A stretch of DNA of 64,000 nucleotides from Ignavibacteriales bacterium (lineage in GTDB: Bacteria; Bacteroidota; Ignavibacteria; Ignavibacteriales; DAOSCP01). The notes under the pieces were generated by a model. It had not been told where the DNA came from. It saw nothing but the letters and a program-made list of their open reading frames with translations, and did no database searches. The DNA lies in the NCBI GenBank assembly GCA_035361425.1, contig DAOSCP010000010.1, forward strand, positions 23,712 to 87,711, in the 5' to 3' direction. This document shows, in pieces, positions 38,740 to 49,716 of this stretch. The position numbers and the translations under genes are program-made. Position 1 is the stretch's first letter, and the number at the start of each line of letters is the position of its first letter.

Positions 38740-38775
38740 AAGGGCTATCTAAACCACAACAGGGAGATAGCCCTT
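38740..38775. terminator. Terminator between convergent pgm and ftsZ
   Basis: 11-bp perfect stem AAGGGCTATCT/AGATAGCCCTT; T6 follows on the minus strand. Confidence 0.82.
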
Positions 38776-38783
38776 AATTATTA

Positions 38784-40100
38784 CTAATCAAGTATTTGTC
38801 TTAAAAAAGCAGAATCTTCTGGCTGAGAATCTGAAATATTACTTGCAAAATTTATAGTATTTGTGCTAGAAATATTCAAGTGATTCATTGGTTTATCTTT
38901 TTTTAATCTTTCAATTGCAGGTTTTTCTAAATCTTCTGGGTTATAAGCAATTTCTTCTGCAACTGGAATTGGTTTTATAGAACTAGTATTTTTAGATGTA
39001 AAATTTATAACTTGATTTTCTAAAACATTATTATTTTCAATCGGGAATAATGATCCCTGGTCTTGTAACACATGATCTAATTTGTGAGTTTTAGGGGTAA
39101 TAATAGGAGTACTAGATTTATTATCCTTTTTATCAAAACCAGTAGCCACTAAAGTATAAGTAACTTGATCAGTCATATCATTTTTGAAAGTAACACCAAA
39201 TATCATATCAACTCCATCTCCAGCGGCATCACGAATAACTTTATTACCTTCTTCTAATTCATCAAACGAAAAATCTTCTCCTACTGTGATGTTAAGTAGT
39301 AAATTTTTTGCACCTTTGATATTGATACCTTCTAATAAAGGAGATGAAATAGCCATTTGAGCAGCTTTTGTAGCTCTATTTTCACCGGAAGCAGTTCCAA
39401 CACCAATTAATGCATTTCCACTTTGATACATTACTCTTTTAACATCAGCAAAATCTACATTTATAAAACCTTCTTCATTAATTATCGAAGTAATACCCAC
39501 AGTAGCTAAATATAAAACTTCATTGGGCTTATTAAAAGCTTCTTTAATAGTAATTTTTTTATCTGCCAAACTAGCAATTCTTTGATTAGGAATCACTATT
39601 AAACTGTCAACATGTTGTTTTAATTCAGCAATACCTGCCTCAGCATTACGCATTCTAGCAGGTCCTTCCCATTGGAAAGGTTTTGTGACAATTCCAATAA
39701 CTAAAGCACCAATACTTTTAGCAACAGAAGCAATAACAGGAGCTGCACCTGTGCCTGTACCACCTCCCATACCAGCTGTTACAATAACCATATCAGCACC
39801 TTTGAGAATATCCTCAATTTCAGCTCTATTTTCTTCAGCTGATTTTCTTCCAACTTCCGGATTAGCACCAGCACCTAATCCTTTTGTAAGCTGTTTGCCA
39901 ATTTGTATTTTAATTGGCGCAGGATTAGAGTTTAAAGCAACAACATCAGTATTTACAGAAATAACATCAACTCCGCTTATACCTCTTTCAATCATATTTT
40001 TAACAGCATTACAGCCTCCACCACCAACGCCGATAACTTTAATTAAGGCATTATCGCGTAATCTTTCTTCAATAACTACATCTAAATTTTCAGGTATCAT
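38784..40100 (-). CDS. ftsZ: Cell division GTPase FtsZ
   Basis: GVGGGGCNA, GMGGGTGTG, INVDFADV. Confidence 0.98.
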   Translation of the reverse strand: MIPENLDVVIEERLRDNALIKVIGVGGGGCNAVKNMIERGISGVDVISVNTDVVALNSNPAPIKIQIGKQLTKGLGAGANPEVGRKSAEENRAEIEDILKGADMVIVTAGMGGGTGTGAAPVIASVAKSIGALVIGIVTKPFQWEGPARMRNAEAGIAELKQHVDSLIVIPNQRIASLADKKITIKEAFNKPNEVLYLATVGITSIINEEGFINVDFADVKRVMYQSGNALIGVGTASGENRATKAAQMAISSPLLEGINIKGAKNLLLNITVGEDFSFDELEEGNKVIRDAAGDGVDMIFGVTFKNDMTDQVTYTLVATGFDKKDNKSSTPIITPKTHKLDHVLQDQGSLFPIENNNVLENQVINFTSKNTSSIKPIPVAEEIAYNPEDLEKPAIERLKKDKPMNHLNISSTNTINFASNISDSQPEDSAFLRQILD

Positions 40101-40129
40101 GATTCCTCCCTGTTGTGGTCTATTATTAA

Positions 40130-41479
40130 TTATAATTGTTCAAAAAAATCAATTATTTTTTTAAAGAATGATTTTTTGTTACTATCTTTTTGGTTACTAA
40201 CATCTTGATTATTTGAATTAACTGGTAATTCTTCTACAATATTTTCATTAAAATCAACATTTACTGAAGGTTTAACTTCTTGTTTAATACTATTTTTATT
40301 TTCTATTGTGAGTACAATTGGATTATGAGAAGTTAACCCCTCAAACTTAGTGATTAATCCAGTTGCTGTTGCAAATTCTGGGGATTCCAACTCTCTTGAA
40401 AGCCCACCACCTAAATTTATTGGGATTCCAATTCTAGCAGGAAAACCAAACATTTCTTCCGAGAGCTCAGTTAATCCTTTGAGTAAAGATCCTCCACCTG
40501 TAAGAACAATTCCGCCTTTTATAATTTTTTTATAATTTAATGACTCTATGTCTTTATTAATAAAATAAAAAAGCTCTCTCATGCGATAATAAATAATTTC
40601 AGTTAAAACTGAGACGGAAATAGGAACATTAGCTCTTCCACCAATTCCAGGAACAATAATTTCTTGCTCTTTAACAATTGCTTTTAAACTAGCATAACCA
40701 TATTTAAGTTTGATTTCTTCTGCTGTATCCATAACTAAATTAAGTGTTTCACGAATATCATTTGTAACCATTCTACCACCAATACCATATACTTTTGAGA
40801 ATTTAAGTTTATTGTTTTCAAAAATTGCGATATCTGTTGTACCACCACCTATGTCTATTAATAAAACTCCTGCTTCTTTTTCGCTTTTTTCCAAAACTGA
40901 ATTAGCTGAAGCTAATGGTTGAAGAATAAAATTATTTATTGTATAGCCAGCTTTTTCAACCGCTCTTTGAATATTATCGAGAAATCTTACTTCTGCCATA
41001 ATTACATTATTAATAGCTTCCAATTTGCTACCTTGCATACCTATGGGATTATCGATGTTATTAAATGTATCATCTACAATATATTCTTCTGGTATGATAT
41101 GTAATATTTTTTTATCAGCTTCTCTTTTCATGCTACGGATATCATTATCAAGCCTTTTTAAGTCATCCTCTGTAATACCAACTTCTTTGTTAACAATAGT
41201 AACATAATTTTTGAATTTATAATTTTTAATATGATCACCAGCTACACCGATATTGAAATTAGTAACTTTAATTCCTGCACGATTATTAGCAATCTCAACA
41301 GCTTCTTGAATAGCTTCAGCAGTTGATATAATATTAGTTACCATTCCTTTGGTAATACCTTTACTATCAGCTTTACCAAAACCCAAAATATCAATTTTTC
41401 CTTGACTATTAATTTCACCAATAACAGCACATACCTTTGTAGTACCAAGGTCAATACCGGCCACTATCTCTCTTTTCAT
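40130..41479 (-). CDS. ftsA: Cell division protein FtsA
   Basis: GIDLGTTK, IDIGGGTTD, VLTGGGS, C-terminal amphipathic FFKKIIDFFEQL. Confidence 0.96.
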   Translation of the reverse strand: MKREIVAGIDLGTTKVCAVIGEINSQGKIDILGFGKADSKGITKGMVTNIISTAEAIQEAVEIANNRAGIKVTNFNIGVAGDHIKNYKFKNYVTIVNKEVGITEDDLKRLDNDIRSMKREADKKILHIIPEEYIVDDTFNNIDNPIGMQGSKLEAINNVIMAEVRFLDNIQRAVEKAGYTINNFILQPLASANSVLEKSEKEAGVLLIDIGGGTTDIAIFENNKLKFSKVYGIGGRMVTNDIRETLNLVMDTAEEIKLKYGYASLKAIVKEQEIIVPGIGGRANVPISVSVLTEIIYYRMRELFYFINKDIESLNYKKIIKGGIVLTGGGSLLKGLTELSEEMFGFPARIGIPINLGGGLSRELESPEFATATGLITKFEGLTSHNPIVLTIENKNSIKQEVKPSVNVDFNENIVEELPVNSNNQDVSNQKDSNKKSFFKKIIDFFEQL

Positions 41480-41481
41480 AT

Positions 41482-42243
41482 TTATATTCCTATATTTTTT
41501 ACACTATCATTTGGTATTTTACTACTGAAGTAAACAAAATTATCATATAACATATTGATATATGAATTACTTATATTTTTAATGTAATTTGAATAAATTT
41601 TACTTAGTATAAATGTTGTCTTTTCAATTTTATCGTATTCCATTTTTATGATATTGTTATCGGATGTATAATAAGTTAAATATTGATTTTTAGCATTATC
41701 AATTCTAACAATTTTTGAAAGCAATTCTGGATCAATATTTTGCATTATATCAAGCACTTTGAATATTTTAACAATATTATTTGATTTATTTATAGTAAAT
41801 ATTTTAGTTGATGTTTCATCAAAATTTGTAAGTTTTATCCAGTTATTATTTCTTGTATCCTTTAAATATGGTATAAACTCAAAATTATCGGTTATTGCTT
41901 TGGTAATAGTATCTCCTAAAATCAAACATTTTATATTTTTTTCGGTTATTTTAACAGTTAAAATATTTTTATCAGTAAATTGCACAGTAACAGTTTTAAT
42001 ATAAGGATGTTTAATAAATCGATCACGAATAATAATAGAGTTAATATCTTTATAATTATCTGATTTATCTAATCTTGCAAATTTTAAGTAATTTTCTTTA
42101 CTTATTAAATCACAACCGATAAGTTGGATAACTTTGATTTCATCTTCATGTGTATCGTCATTCACGATAAGAGATAAATAAAAAACTCCAATTAGCAACA
42201 AAAAGAATAATAAAAATCCAAGTATTTTAGTTTGTGTTTTCAT
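41482..42243 (-). CDS. ftsQ: Cell division protein FtsQ/DivIB
   Basis: N-terminal TM, POTRA-like HPYIKTVTV; position between murC and ftsA. Confidence 0.8.
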   Translation of the reverse strand: MKTQTKILGFLLFFLLLIGVFYLSLIVNDDTHEDEIKVIQLIGCDLISKENYLKFARLDKSDNYKDINSIIIRDRFIKHPYIKTVTVQFTDKNILTVKITEKNIKCLILGDTITKAITDNFEFIPYLKDTRNNNWIKLTNFDETSTKIFTINKSNNIVKIFKVLDIMQNIDPELLSKIVRIDNAKNQYLTYYTSDNNIIKMEYDKIEKTTFILSKIYSNYIKNISNSYINMLYDNFVYFSSKIPNDSVKNIGI

Positions 42244-43613
42244 TATTTTTTAATTAATTCTATAAATTTTTCACCTAATTTCCATATATCTCCTGCACCC
42301 ATCGTAACAATAATATCACCATCTTGTTTAATAGAATTAAGTAGAGCAGGGATATTATTTTTATCAGGTTCGTATATAACATGTTTATGACCATATTTTT
42401 TAGCAGTATCTGCAATAAGTTTACCTGTTACACCTTCAATTGGCTCTTCTCTTGCAGGATACACATCAGTACAAATTAAAACATCTGAGTTAAGAAATTC
42501 TCTAGCAAATTCGGCATAAAAATCTCGTGTCCTAGTATAAAGATGTGGCTGAAATACAGCAACTAATCTCCTATCCCAACCAGATCTTATTCCATTTAAT
42601 GTAGCTTTTACTTCTGTTGGATGATGTGCATAATCATCAACAACCATAATTTCTTGATTGTATTTTACTTCAAATCTTCTATAAACACCTGTAAATTTAG
42701 CAAGTGCTTTTTGAATTGTTTCAAACGGTACTCCCATCTCAAGAGCTATAATAACAGCTACAAGAGAATTTTTTACATTATGCTCACCCGGAATATTTAA
42801 CTTTATTTCTCCTAAAACTTTACCAAAGTATTTAACTTTGTATGTAGTAGTGTTCGAATTATATTTAATATCAACTGCTCTTACATCTGCTTGAGTTGAA
42901 AGTCCATATGTTATAATTGTTTTGTTAATTTGTGGAATTATATCCTGTAAAGCAGGTTCATCTAGGCAAACAACACAAAAACCATAAAAAGGAACTTTAT
43001 TTGCAAATTCTATGAATGCACCCTTAATATCTTCCAGATCTTTATATGTATCAAGATGTTCTGCCTCTAGTGTTGTTAGAGCTGCAATAACAGGTGTTAA
43101 TTTTAAAAATGTTCTATCAAATTCATCTGCTTCAACAACAATGTATTGGCTTTTACCTAATCTAGCATTAGTTCCACCTAAACCACTTAATTTACCACCA
43201 ACAATGATAGTAGGATCAATACCGCCCTCCGTAAGAGTTAACCCAACCATTGAAGTAGTAGTAGTTTTGCCATGAGTACCCGCTATTCCAATTCCAATTT
43301 TTAGCCTCATCAATTCTGCAAGCATTTCAGCTCTTTTGATAACAGGAATTTTTCTCTCATATGCTTCTTGAATTTCTGGATTATCTTCACTCACAGCAGA
43401 AGAATAAACTAATACATCAATATTTTTGATATTTTCAGCATTGTGCCCGATATATATTTGTGCACCTAAATCCTGCAATCTTCTTGTAATATCAGATTCA
43501 GCTCTATCAGAACCAGAAACGGTAAAGCCCTGACTGATAAGAACTTCGGCAATGCTACTCATTCCAATTCCACCAATACCTACAAAATAAATGTGTTTAA
43601 CTTTTCCAAACAT
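42243..43613 (-). CDS. murC: UDP-N-acetylmuramate--L-alanine ligase
   Basis: VGIGGIGMS, GTHGKTTT, EADEFD, DDYAHHPTE, FQPH.YTRT. Confidence 0.97.
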   Translation of the reverse strand: MFGKVKHIYFVGIGGIGMSSIAEVLISQGFTVSGSDRAESDITRRLQDLGAQIYIGHNAENIKNIDVLVYSSAVSEDNPEIQEAYERKIPVIKRAEMLAELMRLKIGIGIAGTHGKTTTTSMVGLTLTEGGIDPTIIVGGKLSGLGGTNARLGKSQYIVVEADEFDRTFLKLTPVIAALTTLEAEHLDTYKDLEDIKGAFIEFANKVPFYGFCVVCLDEPALQDIIPQINKTIITYGLSTQADVRAVDIKYNSNTTTYKVKYFGKVLGEIKLNIPGEHNVKNSLVAVIIALEMGVPFETIQKALAKFTGVYRRFEVKYNQEIMVVDDYAHHPTEVKATLNGIRSGWDRRLVAVFQPHLYTRTRDFYAEFAREFLNSDVLICTDVYPAREEPIEGVTGKLIADTAKKYGHKHVIYEPDKNNIPALLNSIKQDGDIIVTMGAGDIWKLGEKFIELIKK

Positions 43614-43667
43614 TTTTCCACCTTGGCATATTATTTGTTTATTTTTAAAAAAAGGTTTTATTTATTT

Positions 43668-44756
43668 CTAAATTTTTAAAATTTTTAATACTGAATTAGC
43701 TATTACATTAGTAGCTTCTGGTTTAGCAAATGTTTCAATATTTTTTGATAACTCTACTAAAATATCTTGATTATTGAATATTTTCGACAATGTAGGCACT
43801 ATCTCATTAACAAAATCTTTATCTTCAATCAATATAGCAGCGTTTTTATCCGCCAAAGACTTAGCATTATAATATTGATGATTAGCAGCAACATTTGGAG
43901 AAGGCACCAAAATTACAGGTAATTTTAAAACTGCTATCTCACTAATTGCACTAGCACCAGCACGAGAAATAACCAAGTCACAAGCTGAAAAAGCTGCTTG
44001 CATATCGTCTATAAAATCCATTATTTTTATATTTTCCTGAGCTAAATGTTTGTATTGTTCATAATAATACTTACCCGTCTGCCAAATCAACTGAATGCCC
44101 ATTTCATTAATTTTTTCAAGATTTTCAGCTATTCCTTTATTTATTGTAGCTGCACCTAAACTACCACCAGTGATAAGTATTGTAAATTTATCTTTAAGCC
44201 CTAATTTGGTTCTAGCTTCTTGCTTATCAATAAGTCTTAAAGAATTTCTTACCGGATTACCGCTAATTTTAATTTTATCTTTAAATCTTAAATATTTTAT
44301 CGATTCTTCAAATGTAACATGAATCTCATCAGCAAATTTTTCTAAAATTCTGGTAGTAATACCTGGATAAGTATTTTGTTCCAATAATACAATTTTTGCA
44401 CCCATTACCTTAGCAGCCCATATAGCTGGTCCAGAGACATAACCACCTGATCCTACTGCTATATCTGCTTTAAATTTCATACAAATAAACAAAGATTTTA
44501 TTAATGAAGAAATTAACTTTACAGGAAATAACAAATTTTGCAAAGTCAATTTTCTTTGAAAACCAGATATCCAAATATGATAAAACTGATATCCTAAAGT
44601 AGGAACAACTCTACCCTCAATCTTATCTTTTGAACCAATAAAAGCTATTTCAGTATGTGGATATAAATTTTGAATTTCCTCAGCAACTGCAATAGCGGGA
44701 TAAAGATGTCCTCCTGTTCCACCACCAGCAAAAAGTATTTTAATTCTTTTATCCAT
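43668..44756 (-). CDS. murG: Lipid II GlcNAc transferase
   Basis: GGGTGGHLYP, EQN, GNPVR, GGSLGA, ISRAGAS, HQYYNA. Confidence 0.97.
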   Translation of the reverse strand: MDKRIKILFAGGGTGGHLYPAIAVAEEIQNLYPHTEIAFIGSKDKIEGRVVPTLGYQFYHIWISGFQRKLTLQNLLFPVKLISSLIKSLFICMKFKADIAVGSGGYVSGPAIWAAKVMGAKIVLLEQNTYPGITTRILEKFADEIHVTFEESIKYLRFKDKIKISGNPVRNSLRLIDKQEARTKLGLKDKFTILITGGSLGAATINKGIAENLEKINEMGIQLIWQTGKYYYEQYKHLAQENIKIMDFIDDMQAAFSACDLVISRAGASAISEIAVLKLPVILVPSPNVAANHQYYNAKSLADKNAAILIEDKDFVNEIVPTLSKIFNNQDILVELSKNIETFAKPEATNVIANSVLKILKI

Positions 44757-45876
44757 TTAAATTCTCTATGTTAACCAAAATTTTTTGAGATAACTTTCTT
44801 TCATTAGCAAAAGCAATATTAACAACAATACCAATAACAATAGATAACACAATAATTGATGTGCCACCATAACTCACAAATGGCAAAGGTATACCAGTAG
44901 TTGGAGCAATACCAATAGTAACAGCAATATTTACAAAAGCACTGGTAATAATCATATAAGCAAAGGATAAAACAATTAATTTACCAAACTTATCTTCTGT
45001 TTTTTTAGCAATAAGTATCATAACAAAAAAGATTGCGAAGTAAAACAAAACAAGTGTAACCGCGCCAATAAATCCGAGTTCTTCGCCAATAATTGCAAAT
45101 ATGAAATCTCCAAAAGGCTCTGGTAAAAATAAATTATTTTGTCTACTATTTCCAAGACCAACACCTGTAATTCCACCGCTTCCAATTCCTATAAGAGCCT
45201 GATAAACTTGTATATTTCCTGCTTTTTTTTCAGCTATACCTGTAACAAAAGCTAATATTCTTGCACGAGAGTGCGGCATAGCTAACATAATTAAAAGCCC
45301 GAAAACACCCAGTGTTAATAAAGTAGTTAATATATGTTTAACTCTTGCTCCAGCAACAAAAAATATCAATAAAGAAATCAACACAATTAAAGTGGCATTA
45401 CTCAAATTAGGTTGAGCTACAATTAATGCTGCAACAACTAAGACCCAAAAGAGTAAATAAACATATCCACCTTTAAAATCTTTTATTAAATCTCCTTTCT
45501 TTTCAATCATATTAGCAAGATGTAAAAAAAGCAAAGGTCTAACAATTTCAGTTGGTTGTAATCTAATACCTGCAATATTTATCCATCTTTCAGCACCTTT
45601 AATATTAGGCGCAAATAATAGTGTTGCAATGAGTAACAAAATTCCAAAGAACAATGCAAGTTTGCTATAATATCTATAATATTCATAATCAATAGCCGAA
45701 AATATAATTAGCAAACAAAACGCAAAAAGAACTTTTCCAAGATGACTTTTTGTAAAAACATAAGGATCACCAAATTTAAATGAACTATAAGTTGAGCTTG
45801 CAGTCAAAACCATAACTGAACCAAATAACATAAGAGCAAGAACCATCAAAAATAATGTTATTCCTAATTTTCTCAT
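44749..45876 (-). CDS. ftsW: Peptidoglycan polymerase FtsW
   Basis: GAERWI, LQPTE, QPN, DFIFAIIGEELG, LPFVSYGGTS. Confidence 0.94.
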   Translation of the reverse strand: MRKLGITLFLMVLALMLFGSVMVLTASSTYSSFKFGDPYVFTKSHLGKVLFAFCLLIIFSAIDYEYYRYYSKLALFFGILLLIATLLFAPNIKGAERWINIAGIRLQPTEIVRPLLFLHLANMIEKKGDLIKDFKGGYVYLLFWVLVVAALIVAQPNLSNATLIVLISLLIFFVAGARVKHILTTLLTLGVFGLLIMLAMPHSRARILAFVTGIAEKKAGNIQVYQALIGIGSGGITGVGLGNSRQNNLFLPEPFGDFIFAIIGEELGFIGAVTLVLFYFAIFFVMILIAKKTEDKFGKLIVLSFAYMIITSAFVNIAVTIGIAPTTGIPLPFVSYGGTSIIVLSIVIGIVVNIAFANERKLSQKILVNIENLNG

Positions 45877-47219
45877 TATAAACTATTTACAATTTCTTTA
45901 AAGACTTTTCCTCTTTCTTCGTAATTCTTAAACATATCCATACTTGCACAAGCAGGTGATAATAAAACTATGTCCCCTTCTCTTGCTTCACTAATTGCAG
46001 AATCAATACATTCCTTCAAATCTTTTTTTATCTCAACTTTAATATCTTGTCGGAAAAAGCTAAAGATTTTATCTGCAGATTGTCCTATTGCATATATCTT
46101 CTTTACTTTTTCTAATATTAAATCTTTAACAATATTATAATCGTTACCTTTATCAATTCCTCCAAGTATCAAAAATATTGGTTTATCAAAACTTTTCAAT
46201 GCATAATAAAGTGAATCAATATTGGTTGATTTAGAATCATTTATATATTCAACACCATTAATTTCTCTAACAAACTCTAATCTATGTTCAACACCATCGA
46301 AAGATGAAAGCCCTTTAATTATATCATCATTAGAACAACCAGTTAATTTGGCTGCAACTATAGCTACCATAGCATTAGCAACATTGTGCAAACCTTTTAT
46401 CTGTAAAATATTTTTATCACAACTAAACTCAATTTTACCATCTTTTTTAAAGATTATATTGTCACCATCAAGATAGATCGAATTATTCATGCTCCTTTCT
46501 AAAGAAAAATAAATCATATTAACATTATGATTATCAATTTCATTTGGTGAAAATTTATCATCATAATTTAGGATAACATAATCATTTTCGTCTTGATATT
46601 TATAAATACTTAGTTTAGCATTTCTATATGCTTCAAATGAAGGATATCTATCCAGATGATCTGGAGTAATATTAGTAATCGCTGAAACAAAAGGTTTAAA
46701 TTTTTTGTTCCAATCTAATTGAAAACTCGAAACTTCTAAAGCAACACATTCATCTGCTTTAACATCAAGACATATATTTGAAAATGCAAATCCTATATTA
46801 CCTGCTAAATACACTTTCTTACCAGCAGAATTTAATAAATGATGTACTAAACTTGTAGTTGTTGTTTTACCATTTGAGCCAGTAATAGCTATAATTTTCC
46901 CCTTGCAAAAATATGAAGCAAATTCTAATTCACTATATATTTCTATCCCTTTTTCGAGAGCTTTTTGAATCACTGGAGAATTAGTAGGCACACCTGGACT
47001 AGTAATGATAAAATCACAATCAAATACTTTATCGCTATGTTGTCCAAATTCGTATTGGATATTTGCTTCTCGTAATCTTATTTTTTCATCAATTAATTTT
47101 TCTTCAGGTGCCATATCACTAACGAACGGTATACCACCTAATTTTTGAACTAGTAAAGCAGCACTAGTACCACTTCTGACTGCACCGAGAATAGTAACTT
47201 TCTTATCTTTGATATTCAT
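45876..47219 (-). CDS. murD: UDP-MurNAc-Ala--D-Glu ligase
   Basis: ITGSNGKTTT, EVSSFQL, NITPDHLDRY, EHRLE, NDSKSTN, LLSPACAS.D.F..YEERG. Confidence 0.97.
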   Translation of the reverse strand: MNIKDKKVTILGAVRSGTSAALLVQKLGGIPFVSDMAPEEKLIDEKIRLREANIQYEFGQHSDKVFDCDFIITSPGVPTNSPVIQKALEKGIEIYSELEFASYFCKGKIIAITGSNGKTTTTSLVHHLLNSAGKKVYLAGNIGFAFSNICLDVKADECVALEVSSFQLDWNKKFKPFVSAITNITPDHLDRYPSFEAYRNAKLSIYKYQDENDYVILNYDDKFSPNEIDNHNVNMIYFSLERSMNNSIYLDGDNIIFKKDGKIEFSCDKNILQIKGLHNVANAMVAIVAAKLTGCSNDDIIKGLSSFDGVEHRLEFVREINGVEYINDSKSTNIDSLYYALKSFDKPIFLILGGIDKGNDYNIVKDLILEKVKKIYAIGQSADKIFSFFRQDIKVEIKKDLKECIDSAISEAREGDIVLLSPACASMDMFKNYEERGKVFKEIVNSL

Positions 47220-47224
47220 AATTA

Positions 47225-48334
47225 TTACCTAATTTTGAATGATGTTAAACTTAAAAGAACAAGTATAGCTGTTATTATATAAAATCTAATTACAATTTTA
47301 GGTTCTGGCCATCCTTTCATTTCAAAATGGTGATGTAAAGGCGCCATTCTAAAAATTCTTTTACCTTCTCCATACTTCTTTTTTGTATACTTAAAATAGT
47401 ATCTTTGAATAATTACAGATACAGTTTCAATAAAATAAATACCAGCCAATAATGGCAATAACAATTCTTTTTTAACTAAAATTGCAATCACTCCAAGAGC
47501 ACCACCAAGAGCTAAAGATCCAGTATCTCCCATAAATATTTGTGCCGGATAAGTATTAAACCATAAAAATCCAATAGCAGCACCAAATAAAGCAGCTGCA
47601 AAAATTGTTAGTTCACCACTTCCGGGTAAATATATAATATTAAAATAATCGGCCCATTTAATATTTCCTGATATATAACATATAAACGAAAGGGCTAATG
47701 CCACTATTGCAAATGTCCCAATTGCAAGCCCGTCCAATCCATCTGTTAAATTTACAGCATTTGAAGTAGCTGTTATAATGAATATAATAACTGGAATATA
47801 AAAAATTCCAAAGTCCAAATTCATATCCTTAGCAAAAGGAACAGTTGTTTGAGAATTTATTCCCGCAAATTGTGGTAAATAATAAATAGCTAATGCAAGA
47901 ATTAAAGATACAATAAACTGTCCTAATAATTTATATTTTTCAATCAAACCATTTTTAAATTTTTTAATAACTTTTAAATAGTCATCTAAAAATCCCAAAC
48001 CAGCAAGAGATAATATAACAAACAAAGCAAGAATAATATAAATACTTTTAATATCGCTCCAAAGCAAAGTAGCTAAAGTAACAGTAAAAATAACTAAAAT
48101 ACCACCCATTGTTGGAGTTCCTACTTTGGACCAATGGCTTTGTGGTCCATCAATTTTTTTTGCTTCTCCGATTTGCATTTTTTGCAATTTTTTAATTAAT
48201 CTAGGACCTAAATAAATCGATACAAAAAATGCTGTAAAAGCTGCAACTGCTGCTCTGAATGTAATAAATTTAAATACATCAAATCCAGGTGGTTCAAATA
48301 ATTTATTAATCCATGTAAAAAAATAGTATAACAT
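47225..48334 (-). CDS. mraY: Phospho-MurNAc-pentapeptide transferase
   Basis: GTPTMGG, DDY.K, NAVNLTDGLDGL, FMGDTGS, MAPLHHHFE. Confidence 0.97.
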   Translation of the reverse strand: MLYYFFTWINKLFEPPGFDVFKFITFRAAVAAFTAFFVSIYLGPRLIKKLQKMQIGEAKKIDGPQSHWSKVGTPTMGGILVIFTVTLATLLWSDIKSIYIILALFVILSLAGLGFLDDYLKVIKKFKNGLIEKYKLLGQFIVSLILALAIYYLPQFAGINSQTTVPFAKDMNLDFGIFYIPVIIFIITATSNAVNLTDGLDGLAIGTFAIVALALSFICYISGNIKWADYFNIIYLPGSGELTIFAAALFGAAIGFLWFNTYPAQIFMGDTGSLALGGALGVIAILVKKELLLPLLAGIYFIETVSVIIQRYYFKYTKKKYGEGKRIFRMAPLHHHFEMKGWPEPKIVIRFYIITAILVLLSLTSFKIR

Positions 48335-48336
48335 AA

Positions 48337-49716
48337 CTACCCTTTTTTATTTAAAATATTTGCAAATTCTTCCATTTTCATACCACGGGAACCTTTAATA
48401 AGTATAATTTTCCCGTTAATATCTAAATCATGGCAAAATTTTATTAAATCATCTCTATTTTCAAAATAATTTACAATTTTAACTGGGCTTATTTCTGATA
48501 CCAAATATTTCATAAAATTACCAATTAAACATATATGCGCAATATCTGAATCATTTATCAGATATGACAATTTTTTGTGCTCATCAATAGCATATTCTCC
48601 TAATTCATACATATCGCCTAAAATAGCCATTTTATACTTGTATTTTTTTAGAAAACCAAGATATTCTAACGCTGCTTTCATTGATGAAGGATTTGAGTTA
48701 TAATAATCATTAATAATAATGCTATTTTTCTTTGTTATAACATTCATTCTATTTTCAACTGATAATGGAATATCTAATTGCTTTTGTATCTCATCAACAT
48801 GTAAACCAAGTTCTATAGCAATAGATACAGCAGCAAATAAATTTTTCCCATTAACAAGACCATATAAAGGACTTTTAAAGTCAGCTATGATACCATTATA
48901 AGTTTTAACTCTAACAGTTGGAATTCCTAATTCATCAATATTAATTATTTCACCTTCATAGTTAGCCTTTCTATCAAAAGATAAAGTAATGCATTCAATA
49001 AATCCTTCGGTTTTTTTTCTTATCAATGGATCATCCAGATTAACAATAATTTTACCGGCTCTTAATACAGTATATTTGAATAAATTATATTTTTCTTCAA
49101 GTACACCATTTCTATCTTTTAAAAATTCTAGATGTGAATCACCAATATTTGTAATATATGCATAATCAGGTTGAGCAATTTTAGCAGAATATTCAATCTC
49201 ACCAGGGTGATTTGTTCCAACTTCCAAAACAATATAATCAGTATCTTTATCTGCACTTAAAATAGTTTTTGGTACACCAATATGATTATTATCATTTTTT
49301 AAAGTTTTAACAACTTTATACTGACCACTCAAAATATGGGCTAATAATTCTTTTGTAGTAGTTTTTCCATTGGAGCCAGTAATTGCAATAACTTTAGCTT
49401 TAATTCTATTTCTATAAACTCTTGCTAATTCGCCATATGCTTTAATAGTATCATCAACAGCAAAAATTGAAATATTTAAATTTTTAAAATCACTAATTCT
49501 CTCTTTATTGATAACTACAGATTTTACACCTGCCTGTGAAACTGATTTTACAAAGTTATGACCATCAAATTTTTCACCTTTGAAAGCAAAAAATATTGAT
49601 TTATTATTAATAATTCTTGAATCTGTTGAAATATTATCAAAAGGTTCAAAATACATTGGATTAAAAACTTCCGCTTTAAGAATATGAGCTAAATCTTTTA
49701 AGTTAAATTCTATCAT
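48337..49716 (-). CDS. murF: UDP-MurNAc-tripeptide--D-Ala-D-Ala ligase
   Basis: ITGSNGKTTTK, NNHIGVP, EVGTNH.GEI, NDYYNSNP.SM, KGSRG. Confidence 0.95.
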   Translation of the reverse strand: MIEFNLKDLAHILKAEVFNPMYFEPFDNISTDSRIINNKSIFFAFKGEKFDGHNFVKSVSQAGVKSVVINKERISDFKNLNISIFAVDDTIKAYGELARVYRNRIKAKVIAITGSNGKTTTKELLAHILSGQYKVVKTLKNDNNHIGVPKTILSADKDTDYIVLEVGTNHPGEIEYSAKIAQPDYAYITNIGDSHLEFLKDRNGVLEEKYNLFKYTVLRAGKIIVNLDDPLIRKKTEGFIECITLSFDRKANYEGEIINIDELGIPTVRVKTYNGIIADFKSPLYGLVNGKNLFAAVSIAIELGLHVDEIQKQLDIPLSVENRMNVITKKNSIIINDYYNSNPSSMKAALEYLGFLKKYKYKMAILGDMYELGEYAIDEHKKLSYLINDSDIAHICLIGNFMKYLVSEISPVKIVNYFENRDDLIKFCHDLDINGKIILIKGSRGMKMEEFANILNKKG